Source: Daphnia carinata
Lineage: Eukaryota
NCBI RefSeq assembly: GCF_022539665.2
Contig: NC_081333.1
Coordinates: 5,022,001 to 5,086,000, forward strand
Reading direction: 5' to 3'
DNA: 64,000 bases
The first letter of the stretch is position 1. Each line of letters begins with the position of its first letter. Positions 62,660 to 64,000 of the stretch are shown here, one piece after another. Under the pieces are notes generated by a model. It was not told the origin of the DNA. It saw only the letters and a list, made by a program, of their open reading frames with translations, and did no database searches. The translations under genes and the position numbers were made by a program.

Positions 62660-64000
62660 TTAAGGCGGGCGACGGCATACGATCCCTATGATCTTGAAGA
62701 GACCGCAACAGTAGCAGATGCGTAAAAAGAGTAATACCATGATGCATAAGATGCCGATGAAGAAATAATTTTTGATTGTTTCCCACCACGATGTGTAGGT
62801 TCCAACACTAGAAGCCGTCACGAAAATGGTTGTGGCGCTAGGTCTACCATGTGACGTGAATTCGGATGACGGATGTTCGTTGATCACGGCTGCTATGTCG
62901 GCCATGATGTTCATGTGGTTAAGCATATTGTCAGTATATGCCTGGTTACTTTGATGTTCATAGTCGAAAAATTCGACGTTCTCGTAACGGAAAGAGTGCG
63001 CCAGCGTTTGTTCAGGCAACACAATTGTGGCTTCGAGTTGTTCCCACGTATTATTACGGAAGGCATAGGGTTTGTTATTGAAATTGACTTTGTCCAATAG
63101 CAAGGGGAATATTTTACAAGTTCCCAGCCATCGAGGTTAATAGTATAATTTTGGAATTTTGGTTGTGGTCCGCACGAGGTCAATACGGTTTCAAATGTAA
63201 CATTCAAGGATTGACATTGAATTAATAGAACCGTTTTTCCGAATGCTTGTAGTTTTGTGCACCGGGGTAAGCTTAATTGTGAGGCTGCTAGCCATCCATT
63301 ATATTGAGCAGTCGTTACGGCTCTTTCATGTTTGGCTTTACGAGCATCACACTGAAGTAGCTGAATTTGTCGGGCCAGCTCGTTTTCATGATCAGTGAGT
63401 TGATCACGAATATACTGGATATTAGCGGGTATATTTAAATTTTCAGTGCCAAGTGGCGCTTGGGTCTCCACCGTTGTTAAGTTTTTCGTGATAGGCACGG
63501 TCGTGACGAAGAGTTTAGGCTGGCTGATTATTTCATAGGAAGAAGTCTTATTGGAGCAGTTTTGCTGCATTGAGACGCAATGCTGTACCGGTGTCAAATG
63601 GAAGTCTAATTGATTCCCGTCGTCTTGGAGTCGGAAGATTTGTTTTTCCCCTGGCAATCGGTTCAACATACCGATGCCATCCTCGGCGAGTCTGGTAGTT
63701 CCTTTAGTTTTCTGCATGTAGGTTTTGTCCCAAATCAGCGTTAGATGATTATGTGACAGATTGCCTGACGCAGCAGAAGCAGTTCCGATAGGTGTTGAAA
63801 AGTCTGCGTCCTCCTTTTGTTGGAAAAGCTCGACTTTTTCGAGAACACAGTTAATAATTGACGAATCGATTGTTTGTAACCAGTATCCAGAGGTATCTGG
63901 TTCACTGTCAAACACAAATTTTCCGTCCACAAAAGCCATTCGATTATCGTTGCACCTTTTGTTGGTAATCATTTCGTTGCATTCGGCGGGTGTGGTATCG
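62660..64000 (-). pseudogene. env-like viral membrane glycoprotein (class III/chuvirus-G-like by resemblance), 5'-truncated by window, frameshift near 63090
   Basis: Cys-rich ectodomain with many N-x-S/T sites, long helix ENELARQIQLLQC, GKTVLLIQC..CGPQP, then WWETIKNY + TM FFIGILCIMVLLFL + Cys tail. It ends about 75 nt before the PPT/LTR. Confidence 0.75.

Overview
This is eukaryotic, AT-rich DNA with many short introns. Gene content (RR cuticle proteins, trypsin-like and Pvr-like families, Tyr/Thr-repeat gene) suggests a crustacean, probably Daphnia; that is an inference. In order, the window holds: a mind-bomb-2-like pseudogene; an intact BEL/Pao LTR retrotransposon with identical LTRs (3123-10161); divergent COQ6 (-) and peroxiredoxin-4 (+); and a cuticle-protein cluster built by tandem duplication of a head-to-head pair, with intron-containing tRNA-Ile pseudogenes in the units. 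Next is a rearranged block of trypsin-like and Pvr-like pseudogenes, including an inverted and circularly permuted copy. The last 21 kb is almost all transposable elements: a foldback with a hAT MITE, a Helitron, a four-level nest (Tyr/Thr gene < pogo-A < pogo-B < solo LTR), and two nested LTR elements, the inner one with an env-like glycoprotein. The most unusual signal is in pogo-A. It carries repeated modules of a TIR-like motif plus a tRNA-like A/B-box unit 52-56 bp away, on both sides of its PHD-finger transposase and all pointing inward. All comparisons were made by eye, and exon and internal boundaries are approximate unless stated.
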